DNA from: Actinomycetota bacterium
GTDB taxonomy: Bacteria > Actinomycetota > Acidimicrobiia > Acidimicrobiales > Iamiaceae
Assembly: GCA_016185275.1 (NCBI GenBank)
Contig: JACPNX010000015.1
Location: forward strand, 69,441 to 133,440
Reading direction: 5' to 3'
DNA length: 64,000 nucleotides
A model generated the notes under the pieces. It did no database searches. It saw only the letters and a list, made by a program, of their open reading frames with translations, and had not been told where the DNA came from. How positions within the stretch are numbered: position 1 is the first letter of the stretch; each line of letters opens with the position of its first letter. Of this stretch, positions 39,007 to 48,060 are shown piece by piece. A program made the position numbers and the translations under genes.

Positions 39007-42000
39007 CGCCGCGCCCCCGCAGCCGCTCGTGCGCCGCTGCGCCGGCGGACGACGACAAGCACCGCCAACCAGAGCACCGCCTGAGCTCCCTGCAGCGCCC
39101 GCACCCCGGGCGGGGTGCGGTAGCGCAGCACCGCTGCGCCGCCGGACGGGGCGTCGAAGCGCTGCGCCCATCCGTAGCCGGGCGCGCCGGCCGGCGCCGC
39201 GCGACCGGCGACGTCGAGGGCCCAGCCGTCGGCCTCTGGTGCGGCCATCACGACCGACCCCGGGCCGGGCAGGCGGCCGCGCCACGTCGTGTCGCCCGTC
39301 CGCCGCAGCACGCCCCGCCGCGAGCCCGGCGGTTCGGCGGCGGCACCTGTCGCTCGCCCGGGCACCGGCGACGACGGTGCGCCCGACGAGACCAGCGGCC
39401 GCCAGGCGGCGTTGCGGTACACGACGAGAGCGGGGTCGGTGTCGACCCGCTCGAGGTCGAGCTGGCCGGCCATCGTGTCGACCACCCAGGGCGGGACGGC
39501 GAAGGACCTTCCCTGGTACGCGCTGGGAGCGGCGCGGCGGGGCACGACGATGTAGCGGACCCCGAACGGCGCGAGCAGCGCGCCGAGGTGGACGGTACGC
39601 CGGCTGCGGGCGAGCGCCACGTCGGCCAGGAGCAGCCGGTCGCTGCGGGTGACGGGGACCGCCCAGCGGTCGCCGACCTGAGGGTTCCCCTCGCTCACCG
39701 CCCACTGGAGGCCCGGTTCGAGCCGCTGCCCGGCGAGGGGCATGGCGTCCGGTGCCCCGAGCCAGAGCAACCGCGCCGGCTGGCCGCCGTCGCGCTCGAT
39801 GATGCGCGCCATCGCGCTGTCGAGGCCGCCGCCGGGCATGCGCCAGCGGCCGTCGACGAAGCCCGGTACGAGCGGCAGCACGGCCAGGACGAGCCCGGCG
39901 GCGGCCGCGGCGGCGAGCAGCTGGCGCCACCCGAACCGGTAGCCGGGAAGGTCGACCTCGAAGGCCGCCACGCCGAGCGCCGCCGAAAGGGCCAGAGCGG
40001 CGCCGGCCGGAGCGAGCAGGACCTCGTAGGCCGGAAGCTCGACCGGCAGCCAGCCCTGCTGACCGGCCCACAGCAGACCCCAACCGGCCAGCGCCACCGA
40101 CCATCCCCGCACCGCCCAGTCGAACCGCCAGCCCCGCCCCACCATGAGCGGCAGCACCGCGGGGACGAGGAAGGCCCAGCCGAGCGGCGCGGCTCCGAAG
40201 GGCCCGGTCTGGAAGCGCAGGAGGTCCGAGACCGTGAAGGCGGCGCTGGTACCCGCCCGGACGCCCGCGACGAGATGCCAGCCACCACCGTCGCGCAGCA
40301 CGACCGCACTCCACGGCAGGTTCAGAACGACGGCCACCAGTCCACCGAGCAGCGCGCCCGACGCCAGGCGGCCGACGCCGCGCGCGCGCCCCGCGACGAG
40401 CGTGCCGAGGGCGAGCGCCAGGCCGCTCACCACCGCCACCGGTACGACGGCCGGAACCAGCGCGCCGGCCACGCCGAGCAGCGCGCCCAGGCGCAGCGCC
40501 TGCACGAGGAACGGCCGGGCCGCGGGTGTGGCGCCGGCCTCCGGCGAGCCGGCCCGCAGGTCGGCCCGCCCGAACGGCGCCAGGCGGCTCAGCCGCGCCG
40601 AACCGAGCAGGAACCAGGGCGCGCTCCCGTACACGAGCAACCCGCTCCACGAGCCGCGCGCGAGGGCGTTGTACGGCACGGGAAGGGCCAGGTAGACGAC
40701 GAGGGCGGCCACGCTGGCACGTGTCGATCCGATCGGCCGGGCCAGGCGCCAGGCGCCGACGGCGCCGAGGGGCAGCATGCCGAGCACGAGGATCTTCTGC
40801 AGGAGACCCATCGCGCCGAGCGACACGAAGCCGAGCAGCGCGAGCAGGCCGAGACCGGTCGGCGCAGGTCCCGGCTGGCCCAGGCCGACGGCTCGCCAAC
40901 CGGACAGCCACCGGCGGGCGAGGATCGCCGGCCCGCCGGGGAACGGGGCCAGCTCACCGACCGACGGCAGCGGCGGGGCGACGAGGTTGCGGCTGCCCAG
41001 AGCGACGAGCAGCACCGCGACCAGCGCCACGACGAGCGCGACCCGGCTGGCACGCGAGCGCAGGCGATCGGCCAGGTCGCGCCCGCTGCGCGTCATCGCC
41101 GCCAGCCGGTCGTCGCGGCCCCCGATCTGGCCGCGCAGGTAGCCGGTGACCCGTGCGCTGCCCCGCACCTGCAGCTCGCGCACCTCGCGGTCGGGCACCT
41201 GGCGCACCCGGGCCAGGGCCTTGCGCTTGGCCCGGATCTGGCGGGGCCGGCGCAAGTTCCAGGTCCAGGCCGCGGCCACGTCGCGAGCGTGGCGCCCGTC
41301 CCCCGCCGCGATGGCGAAGGCGATCTCGACGAGGCTCACCGCGACGGCCTGGGGCAGCACGCGCGCCAGGTGGAGCGGGCGGTAGCAGGAGAGCATCGTG
41401 CGGAGGCGGTGCCTCGTCTGGAGGCGTCGCCGGTCGTCGTGGGGCCGGCGCAGGGCGAGCGCCTCGATGTGGCGGACCCGTGCCCCGGGCACGATCACCA
41501 CGCGGCCGCCGGCGACGTGGGTGCGCCAGCACAGGTCCACGTCGTCGCCGAGGAAGGTGATCGCCGGGTCGAAGCCGCCGAGGGCGCGGAACAGGTCGGC
41601 GCGCACGAGCGTGAAGGCGCCCGGGATCACGAACACGTCGCGCACGGCGTCGTGCTGCTCCTGATCCAGCTCGCCGGGCTCGGCGAACGGCGCCAGCACG
41701 CCGGTCTTGTCGACCGAGGCCGCGACCTGGCGGAGCCGCTTCGGGTCGTCCCACGACACGAGCTTCGGGCCCGCCAGCGCGGCGTTCGACCGGAACGCCT
41801 CCTCCACGAGGATCTTGACCGCGCCGGGGTCGGGAGCCACGTCGTCGTGGCACAGGAGCAGGAAGGGCGCTCCCTCGACGGCCCGCAGCGCCTCGTTGGC
41901 CGCCGCGCCGAATCCGGGGTTGGTCGCCAGCCGGCGGACGTGGGCGCGCGGCAGCACGCCGGCGATGCGCGGGGTCAGGTCCTGGGCGCTGCCCGCGTCG

Positions 42001-42197
42001 ACGACGAGCACGGCGAGAGCGGGATACGTCTGGTCCGCGAGGGCGCGGAGCGTGTCTTCGAACCAGTCGCCCGGGTCGTGGGCGACGACCACGGCGACGA
42101 CCGCAGGGGGCGCCGCGGCGGGGCCGGCGCCCGAGGGGGTCGGCGATCCGTCGCTCGCCCGGGGGCCGGCCTCGGGGCTCGCTCGTCGCACATCCAC
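39003..42197 (-). CDS. GT2 glycosyltransferase fused to a large polytopic membrane domain
   Basis: GT2 part: VVAVVVAHDPGDW, VLVVDAGS, LLLCHDDV, FLGDDVDLCWR. It is followed by about 12 TM helices and a C-terminal extracytoplasmic region. Start uncertain: GTG 42197 chosen, the longest ORF runs to 42305. Confidence 0.75.
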   Translation of the reverse strand: MDVRRASPEAGPRASDGSPTPSGAGPAAAPPAVVAVVVAHDPGDWFEDTLRALADQTYPALAVLVVDAGSAQDLTPRIAGVLPRAHVRRLATNPGFGAAANEALRAVEGAPFLLLCHDDVAPDPGAVKILVEEAFRSNAALAGPKLVSWDDPKRLRQVAASVDKTGVLAPFAEPGELDQEQHDAVRDVFVIPGAFTLVRADLFRALGGFDPAITFLGDDVDLCWRTHVAGGRVVIVPGARVRHIEALALRRPHDDRRRLQTRHRLRTMLSCYRPLHLARVLPQAVAVSLVEIAFAIAAGDGRHARDVAAAWTWNLRRPRQIRAKRKALARVRQVPDREVRELQVRGSARVTGYLRGQIGGRDDRLAAMTRSGRDLADRLRSRASRVALVVALVAVLLVALGSRNLVAPPLPSVGELAPFPGGPAILARRWLSGWRAVGLGQPGPAPTGLGLLALLGFVSLGAMGLLQKILVLGMLPLGAVGAWRLARPIGSTRASVAALVVYLALPVPYNALARGSWSGLLVYGSAPWFLLGSARLSRLAPFGRADLRAGSPEAGATPAARPFLVQALRLGALLGVAGALVPAVVPVAVVSGLALALGTLVAGRARGVGRLASGALLGGLVAVVLNLPWSAVVLRDGGGWHLVAGVRAGTSAAFTVSDLLRFQTGPFGAAPLGWAFLVPAVLPLMVGRGWRFDWAVRGWSVALAGWGLLWAGQQGWLPVELPAYEVLLAPAGAALALSAALGVAAFEVDLPGYRFGWRQLLAAAAAAGLVLAVLPLVPGFVDGRWRMPGGGLDSAMARIIERDGGQPARLLWLGAPDAMPLAGQRLEPGLQWAVSEGNPQVGDRWAVPVTRSDRLLLADVALARSRRTVHLGALLAPFGVRYIVVPRRAAPSAYQGRSFAVPPWVVDTMAGQLDLERVDTDPALVVYRNAAWRPLVSSGAPSSPVPGRATGAAAEPPGSRRGVLRRTGDTTWRGRLPGPGSVVMAAPEADGWALDVAGRAAPAGAPGYGWAQRFDAPSGGAAVLRYRTPPGVRALQGAQAVLWLAVLVVVRRRSGARAAAGARR

Positions 42198-42322
42198 GGG
42201 GAACCGAGGGTAACGGACCGCCCCGGTGGCGAGGCCCGCGCCCGGAGCCGGTCGAGGACCAGTCCCTCGCTCCGGCCGGCCGCACCAGCGGCCCGAGCGA
42301 CACACGTCACCGAGTCAAGTGC

Positions 42323-42351
42323 TTGCAACTGTTAGCACTTCCCCCTACTGT
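42323..42351 (+). promoter_or_regulatory. Candidate sigma-70-type promoter TTGCAA-17-TACTGT, overlapped by the inverted repeat AAGTGCT-N10-AGCACTT
   Basis: It lies in the only AT-richer stretch of this intergenic region, about 60 nt upstream of ATG 42410. The inverted repeat spans 42317-42340. Confidence 0.35.
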
Positions 42352-42409
42352 TGCGAGCACGAAGCGGCGGACGAGCGCCGCCCGATCGCTGAGCCGAGGA
42401 GCCCGAACC

Positions 42410-42853
42410 ATGCCCGAGATCCCCACCGCCGAGGATGTCACCAACTTCGCCAAGGAGGCGCTCTACGTGGGCGTCGGCCTCGGCGTGCTGACCTTCCAGA
42501 AGCTGCAGGTCCGCCGGCGCGAGATCGAGCGGGAGCTCGCCGACCGCTTCGCCGGTGTACGTGCCCAGGCCGAGAAGCTGGGCGAGGCCACCGAGGAGGG
42601 AGCGGGCGATGCCCGGGCCCGCATCGAGCGCCTCGCCGAGGTCGTCGAGGACCGCATCAGCGAGCTCGAGCGCCGCTTCGACGACCTGGAGACCCAGCTC
42701 GACGGGTACGTCGCTGCGCTGGAGGCCAAGCTGCCCGAGCAGGCCGCCGAACTGGTCAAGCAGGCCCGCGAGGCCGTCAAGGCGGCCCGCGCCTCCGCGC
42801 GTGACGCCGCCCGCGAGGCCCGCGGCCAGGTCCGCACGCTGCTCGCCGCCTGA
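42410..42853 (+). CDS. Helical/coiled-coil protein of unknown function (HbhA/phasin-like appearance)
   Basis: ATG 42410 after GAGGAG. Short hydrophobic segment ALYVGVGLGVLTF, then Ala/Glu/Arg-rich helices. No Cys, so it is not a WhiB protein. Confidence 0.5.
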   Translation: MPEIPTAEDVTNFAKEALYVGVGLGVLTFQKLQVRRREIERELADRFAGVRAQAEKLGEATEEGAGDARARIERLAEVVEDRISELERRFDDLETQLDGYVAALEAKLPEQAAELVKQAREAVKAARASARDAAREARGQVRTLLAA

Positions 42854-42870
42854 GCGAGCACCCCACGAGC

Positions 42871-42896
42871 CCTGCGCGCCGCACAGGCTGCGCAGG
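42871..42896 (+). terminator. Hairpin after the 42853 stop (terminator-like, no U-tract)
   Basis: cctgcgc-N12-gcgcagg: perfect 7-bp stem, 18 nt after the TGA. Confidence 0.3.
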
Positions 42897-43062
42897 CAAC
42901 TTCGAGCGCGCGGTGCTCCCCCCACCGCTGCGCTCATCTCCCGTCGCCCGGCTGCCGAGTCCCCCTGGCACCCGGGCGACGGTCTGCTTTGGGGCAACGC
43001 TCCCTTGGGGCGACGGTGCGCCTGGCCGGCGGGGCGGGACGCGTGGTGTGGGCCCGCTCAGG

Positions 43063-45237
43063 TCACGTCACCCTGCCGCGGTACTCGGCCGATGCCTGGA
43101 ACAGCGCGAGCAGGCGGCGGACCGAGGTCCCCGACTGCAGCTGCCCGACCCAGTAGGCGAAGCCCCCCGGGTCGGGGGCTCGGCCCAGCATCCCCAGGTA
43201 CGCCATGGTGACCTGGACCTGCGGGTCGAGGCGGCCGGCCGCCGCTGGGCCGCCGGCCAGCGCGGCCAGCCAGGCTCCCCGCGCCGTGCCCGACGCCAGG
43301 GCCCCGGTCGCGGCCGCCGCCTCCGCCGCCGTGGGCGCACGGCCCAGCAGGTTCGCGTACACCGCGGCCACGAAGGCACCGTCCGACGCGGCGGCGAGGG
43401 ACGAACCGGCGACCAGCTCACCGGCCACCGTCCCGAGCGAGGTGCCGAGCCGGATGCGGTCGGCCTCGCCGCGCACTGCGCCGGCGTCGCCGGGCGGCGA
43501 ACCGGTCACGCCGAGGTACAGGCGGACGACGGGTGCAACCGTCCCCCCGAACTCCGGGGAGTGGATGAAGGCGTCGATCACGCGATCGCCCGGCCAACCG
43601 ATCTCCTGCATCCGGCTGACCCAGGTCGCCAGGCCACCGGCGTCGGGGGTCCGCCCGAGGAAGTCGGCGTACTGGCGGGCGACGAAGTCGCGGGCACAGG
43701 CGAAGGGCCGCCACGGGGCCGGGGCCGCCGGCGCCGAGCTGCGGCGGTTCGGGGCCTGCTTGAACATCGGCCACGCGGCCCGGCACAGCGGTTGGCCGGT
43801 GGTGAGGACGAAGAGCCGACCGAGATCTCCACTGCGCACCGCCCCCGTGTGCCCGACCGCCTCCGTACCCTGCTGCACGATGATGGTGCGGCCGTTCACC
43901 TCGCCGATGGCGGGAGCGTTCGGCGGCGCGTAGAGGGCGGAGCCGGACAGCTTCACGCTCGCCTCGATCGTCCCGTCCGAGCCGACGATCCGCAGGGTCC
44001 GCTCGGAGGTGAGGACGAGCTCCTGGCGGCCGTCGGCGTCGACGTCGGCCATGGCCACCGTGGCATGGGTCGGCGAGGTCGAGTTGCACGCCGCCGTGTC
44101 GTCGCGCACGCATCGTGAGAACCGGCGGGTCCCATCGCCGTTGTAGAGGAACACCCAGCCGCCGTTCGAGGCGAAGGCCACCTCCGGCCGGCCGTCCCCG
44201 TCGACGTCGCCGGCCACCACCGCGTTGCCGACCTGTGCGCCGATCTCGACCGGCCAGCCGGGCAGCGGTGCGCCGGTGCGAGCGGTGTAGGCCCGCACGA
44301 GTCGGCCGCTCGCCGAGTCGCCGTAGGGGCTGTACAGGCCGTTGCCGACGACGATGTCGAGCCAGCCGTCCTGGTTGAGGTCCGCGATGGCCGGCGTGGA
44401 CCAGATCGTCATCCCGGGAAGGACCTTCGGGTAGCCGGGATAGTTCGCGCCGGTCCGGGTGAGGACCCAGAGCATCCCGCCCGGGGGCCAGCCGTACGGG
44501 TTGCCTGCGTACATGTCGCCGCCGACGACGATCTCGGGCTTGCCGTCGCGGTCGATGTCGGCGATGGCGGGGCTCGACCAGATCGTGTCCTCGAGGAACC
44601 GCCGGAACAGCAACGTGCCGCCGCGGCTCCAGGCGTAGAGGCTGTGGTCCCACGACGCGGCGACGATGTCGAGGATGCCGTCGCCGTTGATGTCGGCGAT
44701 CGCCGGGGTGGAGAAGAAGCCGTGCGGCCGGCAGTCCACGCCGACCGGGCAGTACATCGGGGCCCCTTCCCGGTACGTCATGCGGACGCGCCCCGTCGGC
44801 CCGTCGAGCCAGACGACGCGGCCATCGATGGTGCCGACGACGACGTCCTGGCGGCCGTCGCCGTCCATGTCGGCCACCGCAGGTGAGGCCTGGACGGCGG
44901 TGCTGCCGAGGTCGACCTTCCAGAGCACGCTGCGGTCGGTGGCGCGGTAGGCGGCCACGACGCCGTCGAGGTAGCCGGCCACGATCTCGGGCACGCCGTC
45001 GCCGGTGAGGTCGGCGAGCGTCGGGCTGGAGAAGGCCTCCGAGGTCGTATTGGGTCGCGTGCCGATGGCGCCCATCGTCCGGTCGATGGTCCCGACCGGG
45101 GTCAGGGTCGTGGTCACGGCCCCCGCGGCTCGAGACCGTGGCGTTCCGGGGACGGTCGGGGCGGCGAGGGTGGCGGCGGCGACGGCGATCGAGGCGAGCG
45201 CGAGCGCCAGTGCCCGGAGGGAGCGAGGGAACGGCAC
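43063..45237 (-). CDS. Secreted FG-GAP/VCBS-repeat beta-propeller protein with a C-terminal DUF4214-type repeat module
   Basis: Signal peptide; at least 7 repeats of the type SPA(I/V)ADxDGDGxxE(I/V)V; tail with FVARQYADFLGRTPDAGGLATWV..., YANLLGRAPT..., YLGMLGRAPDPGGFAYWVGQLQSGTSV. Confidence 0.8.
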   Translation of the reverse strand: MPFPRSLRALALALASIAVAAATLAAPTVPGTPRSRAAGAVTTTLTPVGTIDRTMGAIGTRPNTTSEAFSSPTLADLTGDGVPEIVAGYLDGVVAAYRATDRSVLWKVDLGSTAVQASPAVADMDGDGRQDVVVGTIDGRVVWLDGPTGRVRMTYREGAPMYCPVGVDCRPHGFFSTPAIADINGDGILDIVAASWDHSLYAWSRGGTLLFRRFLEDTIWSSPAIADIDRDGKPEIVVGGDMYAGNPYGWPPGGMLWVLTRTGANYPGYPKVLPGMTIWSTPAIADLNQDGWLDIVVGNGLYSPYGDSASGRLVRAYTARTGAPLPGWPVEIGAQVGNAVVAGDVDGDGRPEVAFASNGGWVFLYNGDGTRRFSRCVRDDTAACNSTSPTHATVAMADVDADGRQELVLTSERTLRIVGSDGTIEASVKLSGSALYAPPNAPAIGEVNGRTIIVQQGTEAVGHTGAVRSGDLGRLFVLTTGQPLCRAAWPMFKQAPNRRSSAPAAPAPWRPFACARDFVARQYADFLGRTPDAGGLATWVSRMQEIGWPGDRVIDAFIHSPEFGGTVAPVVRLYLGVTGSPPGDAGAVRGEADRIRLGTSLGTVAGELVAGSSLAAASDGAFVAAVYANLLGRAPTAAEAAAATGALASGTARGAWLAALAGGPAAAGRLDPQVQVTMAYLGMLGRAPDPGGFAYWVGQLQSGTSVRRLLALFQASAEYRGRVT

Positions 45238-45297
45238 CGTCTTCCATCGACCGGGCGCTCGTCACTTCCAGCGCTACGGCCGACTCGATGCGTCGGC

Positions 45298-46566
45298 TCA
45301 GGTCGGGGGCGTGGCGAACCAGTTCGACCTGAGGCGGAGGATGCTTTGAACCTGGTCGCCGGTGACCGACACGTTGCCGGACGAGAACCGGGCCCGAGCG
45401 GTCAGCACCCGCCCGCCGTCCGCCCCGAGACCGTTGCGGCTGAGCACGTCGAGGCCGTGGAAGTTGCCGAGATCCCGACCGGCCCACCGGTCGAAGGCGG
45501 CCTCCACGGTGGCGCGGCTGAGCGTGACGGTCCAGGCGTGGTTGGAGTTGCCGGCGTAGTCGTCACCGGCGTCGGCCACGGCCGGGAAGGTACCCCCGGC
45601 GGTCCAGCCGCCGGTCGAGGCCGAGAACTCGGTGAGGCTGATCGTGCCGGTGGAGGTCGACCGGCGGACCTGGCGCTGCGTGTCGCGGGTGGCCTTGTCG
45701 GTGCGGGGGTCCTCCTTGCGGACGGGCGTGGTGCTACCGGACGAGCGCGAGCCCGCACCGAAGTACGCCTGGCAGGACGTCCCGTCGCACGTCGTCGCGT
45801 ACGGCGCCCATCGTGCATCCCCCGCCCGCACGTAGGACCGGGCGGCCAGGGCCTGGGCCCGCAGTGCGGCGGCGCCCCGGCCACCGCCGAGGTCCGCCCA
45901 CGACGGCGACATCTCCTGGGCGATCACGGACCGGATCAGGTTCTCGGTGCCCACCCGGTTGACGGTCCACGTCGAGCCGGGCACGTGCACGGCGGTGAGG
46001 TCGCCGCGGTAGTAGGTCGTGCCCCCCGACCGGCACAGCTGGGGCAGGGTGGCGAGGTCCTCGGTCTGCGTCACCGTCGTGTTCACCGCGACCTCGGCGG
46101 TGCTGCCGATCGTGGCGCCGAGCGTCCAAGGGCCTGCGCAGCCCGGGCCCGTGTAGACCCGGAAGGTGGTGTCGCTCAACCGGATGACCATGATCGCCTT
46201 GGCCGGGCCGACGACCGAGCCGCCGCCCTGGGCCCGCACCTGGCCCGCGGCCGTCACCACGAGCGACCTGCCGACCTGACCGTCGAGCCGCACCCGTTGG
46301 ACCGGGTCGTCGGGCATGCGCACGGTCGACGTGCCGCCGTAGTACCGGTCGAGGATCTGGGTGCCCGACCACCCGTGGTCCACCGCGTAGCCGAGCGCGC
46401 CCCACTGACCCATGCCGCGCCCGTGCCCGTAGCCGTAGCCGCGGATCTGGATGGAAGCAGGTGGGGTGCCTGCGGACGCGGGCGGCGCGACGGCCGCCGA
46501 GACGAGCGCGGCGATGCCCCCCACGAGCGCGACCAGAGCGCGGCGGACGGGCGTGGTGCGAGCCAT
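45298..46566 (-). CDS. SpoIID/LytB-domain protein (peptidoglycan-remodelling)
   Basis: Signal peptide MARTTPVRRALVALVGGIAALVSAAVAPPASA; GYGYGHGRGMGQWGALGYA; ...ALRAQALAARSY...CDGTSCQAY. Start ATG 46566 after AAGGGGGA. Confidence 0.85.
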   Translation of the reverse strand: MARTTPVRRALVALVGGIAALVSAAVAPPASAGTPPASIQIRGYGYGHGRGMGQWGALGYAVDHGWSGTQILDRYYGGTSTVRMPDDPVQRVRLDGQVGRSLVVTAAGQVRAQGGGSVVGPAKAIMVIRLSDTTFRVYTGPGCAGPWTLGATIGSTAEVAVNTTVTQTEDLATLPQLCRSGGTTYYRGDLTAVHVPGSTWTVNRVGTENLIRSVIAQEMSPSWADLGGGRGAAALRAQALAARSYVRAGDARWAPYATTCDGTSCQAYFGAGSRSSGSTTPVRKEDPRTDKATRDTQRQVRRSTSTGTISLTEFSASTGGWTAGGTFPAVADAGDDYAGNSNHAWTVTLSRATVEAAFDRWAGRDLGNFHGLDVLSRNGLGADGGRVLTARARFSSGNVSVTGDQVQSILRLRSNWFATPPT

Positions 46567-46704
46567 GGCTTCCCCCTTCGGCACCGCCCCGGGAGACGTT
46601 AACCCTCCGACCGCCACGGCTACCATCGCCTGGCCGCCCGACGACCGCGCGGGCCCGAGCCGGAGGTGCCCGCCCGCCGTGTCCGGGCCCGGAAACGGAA
46701 CCCG

Positions 46705-48060
46705 ATGACCGAGCACGACGCCCTCCTCCGCCGCATCGACGACGCTGCCGACGAGGTCGCCGACGTACTGGCGGGCGCCGGCGGCGGCGAGCCGGGCCGT
46801 GAGGTGCTCACCGAGGCGCGCGAGCACCTCGCCACCGCGTGGCACTCGTCGGCCGCCGGCACCGAGCTGCCGCCCGGGACGCGCCTGCGCCAGGTGAAGC
46901 GCGGTGTGCTGGCCGTGACCCGCCCGCTCACCGCGCAACAGGTGCCCTTCAACCGCGAAGTGGTCGTCGCGGTCGATCGCCTGGCTCGGGTCGTCGACGA
47001 GCTGATCGACCGGGTGGCGCTCACCGAGGACCGCAGCCGCGCCGCCGGCTCACGGATGCAGGCCGCGCTGGCCACCACCGATCTGGCCGTGGACGACCTC
47101 GCCCATGGCGCGCACCGGTTGGCGAGCGCGTTCGACGACGTGGTGGAGCGCGTCGAGCGGCTCGAGCAACGCCTGGCCGACCAGCGCGCCGACGTTCGCG
47201 CCCTGCGCAGCCGCCAGGACATCGTCCTGCGGGCCCTGGCGGACCTCGGCGCGGCGGCCGTTCCGCATGGCGGCGACGGGCCGAGTCCCGCGGTCGGTCC
47301 GGTCGGCCCGGTCGGCCCGTTCCCCGCGGTCGCCTCGGCCGCCGCGGAGCTGGCTGCGGCCACCGACGAGCTCAGCGCGGAGCTGGCCGAGCTGGCCGCC
47401 GGCCCCCGCGACGAGGTGGTGCGGGAGCGGGCCCGCTGGTGGTCCGAGATCGGAGCCGTGCCCGGGGGCGGGCCGGTGGTGGATCTCGCCGCCGGCCGGG
47501 GTGAGTGGCTCGAGGTCCTCGCGGCGCACGAGGTCGAGGCCTGGGGGGTCGAGGCCAACGGCCACCTGAGGGCGCAGGCCCAGCGGCGCGGCCTGGACGT
47601 CCGCGACGAGGATCCGCTCGCGCACCTCGGCGGTCTCGACGAGGCCAGCGTTGGCGCGGTCAGCGCGTTCGGCGGGCTGGCCGGGCGGCTGCGACCGGCC
47701 GCGGTCGCCGAGCTCGTGGATCGGGCGCTGGTGGCTCTGCGCCCGGGTGGTGCCCTCGTGATCGAGGTGCCGAACGTGACCGCCCTGGACGTCGGCGCCG
47801 CCGAGGTCTGGCTCGATCCCCTGCTCGACCGGCCGGCGCACCCCGCCGCGCTCGAGCTACTGGTGCTGGCTCGGGGCTTCGCGGAGGCCGAGGTGCGCTG
47901 GCGTGAGCCCGTCGACGAGGCCTGGCAGCTCCGGGCCGATGACCTCGGCACCCGCGACGGGGCACGCGCCGAGGCGCTCGTCGAGCGCCTCAACCGCCTG
48001 CTCGCCGGGCCGCGGCGGGCCGCGGTCGTGGCCCGCAAGGCGGGAGCGCCGCCGGGGTGA
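46705..48060 (+). CDS. Class I SAM-dependent methyltransferase with a long N-terminal helical/coiled-coil region
   Basis: C-terminal motif I VVDLAAGRGEW, ...LRPGGALVIEVPN. The N-terminal ~240 aa are heptad-like (ERVERLEQRLADQRADVRALRSRQD). The stop overlaps the next start (GTGA). Confidence 0.7.
   Translation: MTEHDALLRRIDDAADEVADVLAGAGGGEPGREVLTEAREHLATAWHSSAAGTELPPGTRLRQVKRGVLAVTRPLTAQQVPFNREVVVAVDRLARVVDELIDRVALTEDRSRAAGSRMQAALATTDLAVDDLAHGAHRLASAFDDVVERVERLEQRLADQRADVRALRSRQDIVLRALADLGAAAVPHGGDGPSPAVGPVGPVGPFPAVASAAAELAAATDELSAELAELAAGPRDEVVRERARWWSEIGAVPGGGPVVDLAAGRGEWLEVLAAHEVEAWGVEANGHLRAQAQRRGLDVRDEDPLAHLGGLDEASVGAVSAFGGLAGRLRPAAVAELVDRALVALRPGGALVIEVPNVTALDVGAAEVWLDPLLDRPAHPAALELLVLARGFAEAEVRWREPVDEAWQLRADDLGTRDGARAEALVERLNRLLAGPRRAAVVARKAGAPPG

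Noticed and set aside
42306-42853. A WhiB-family gene, expected upstream of the GT2-membrane/DUF5719 operon by analogy with Streptomyces and Mycobacterium.
   Set aside because: The only ORF there (42410..42853) is on the other strand, has no cysteines, and is coiled-coil-like.
46567-46704. A c-di-AMP (ydaO-type) riboswitch upstream of the SpoIID-domain cell-wall gene.
   Set aside because: The leader is only about 138 nt and lacks the conserved ACCCA / GGGGUGAAUC / CCGAACCCG blocks I remember for that class.
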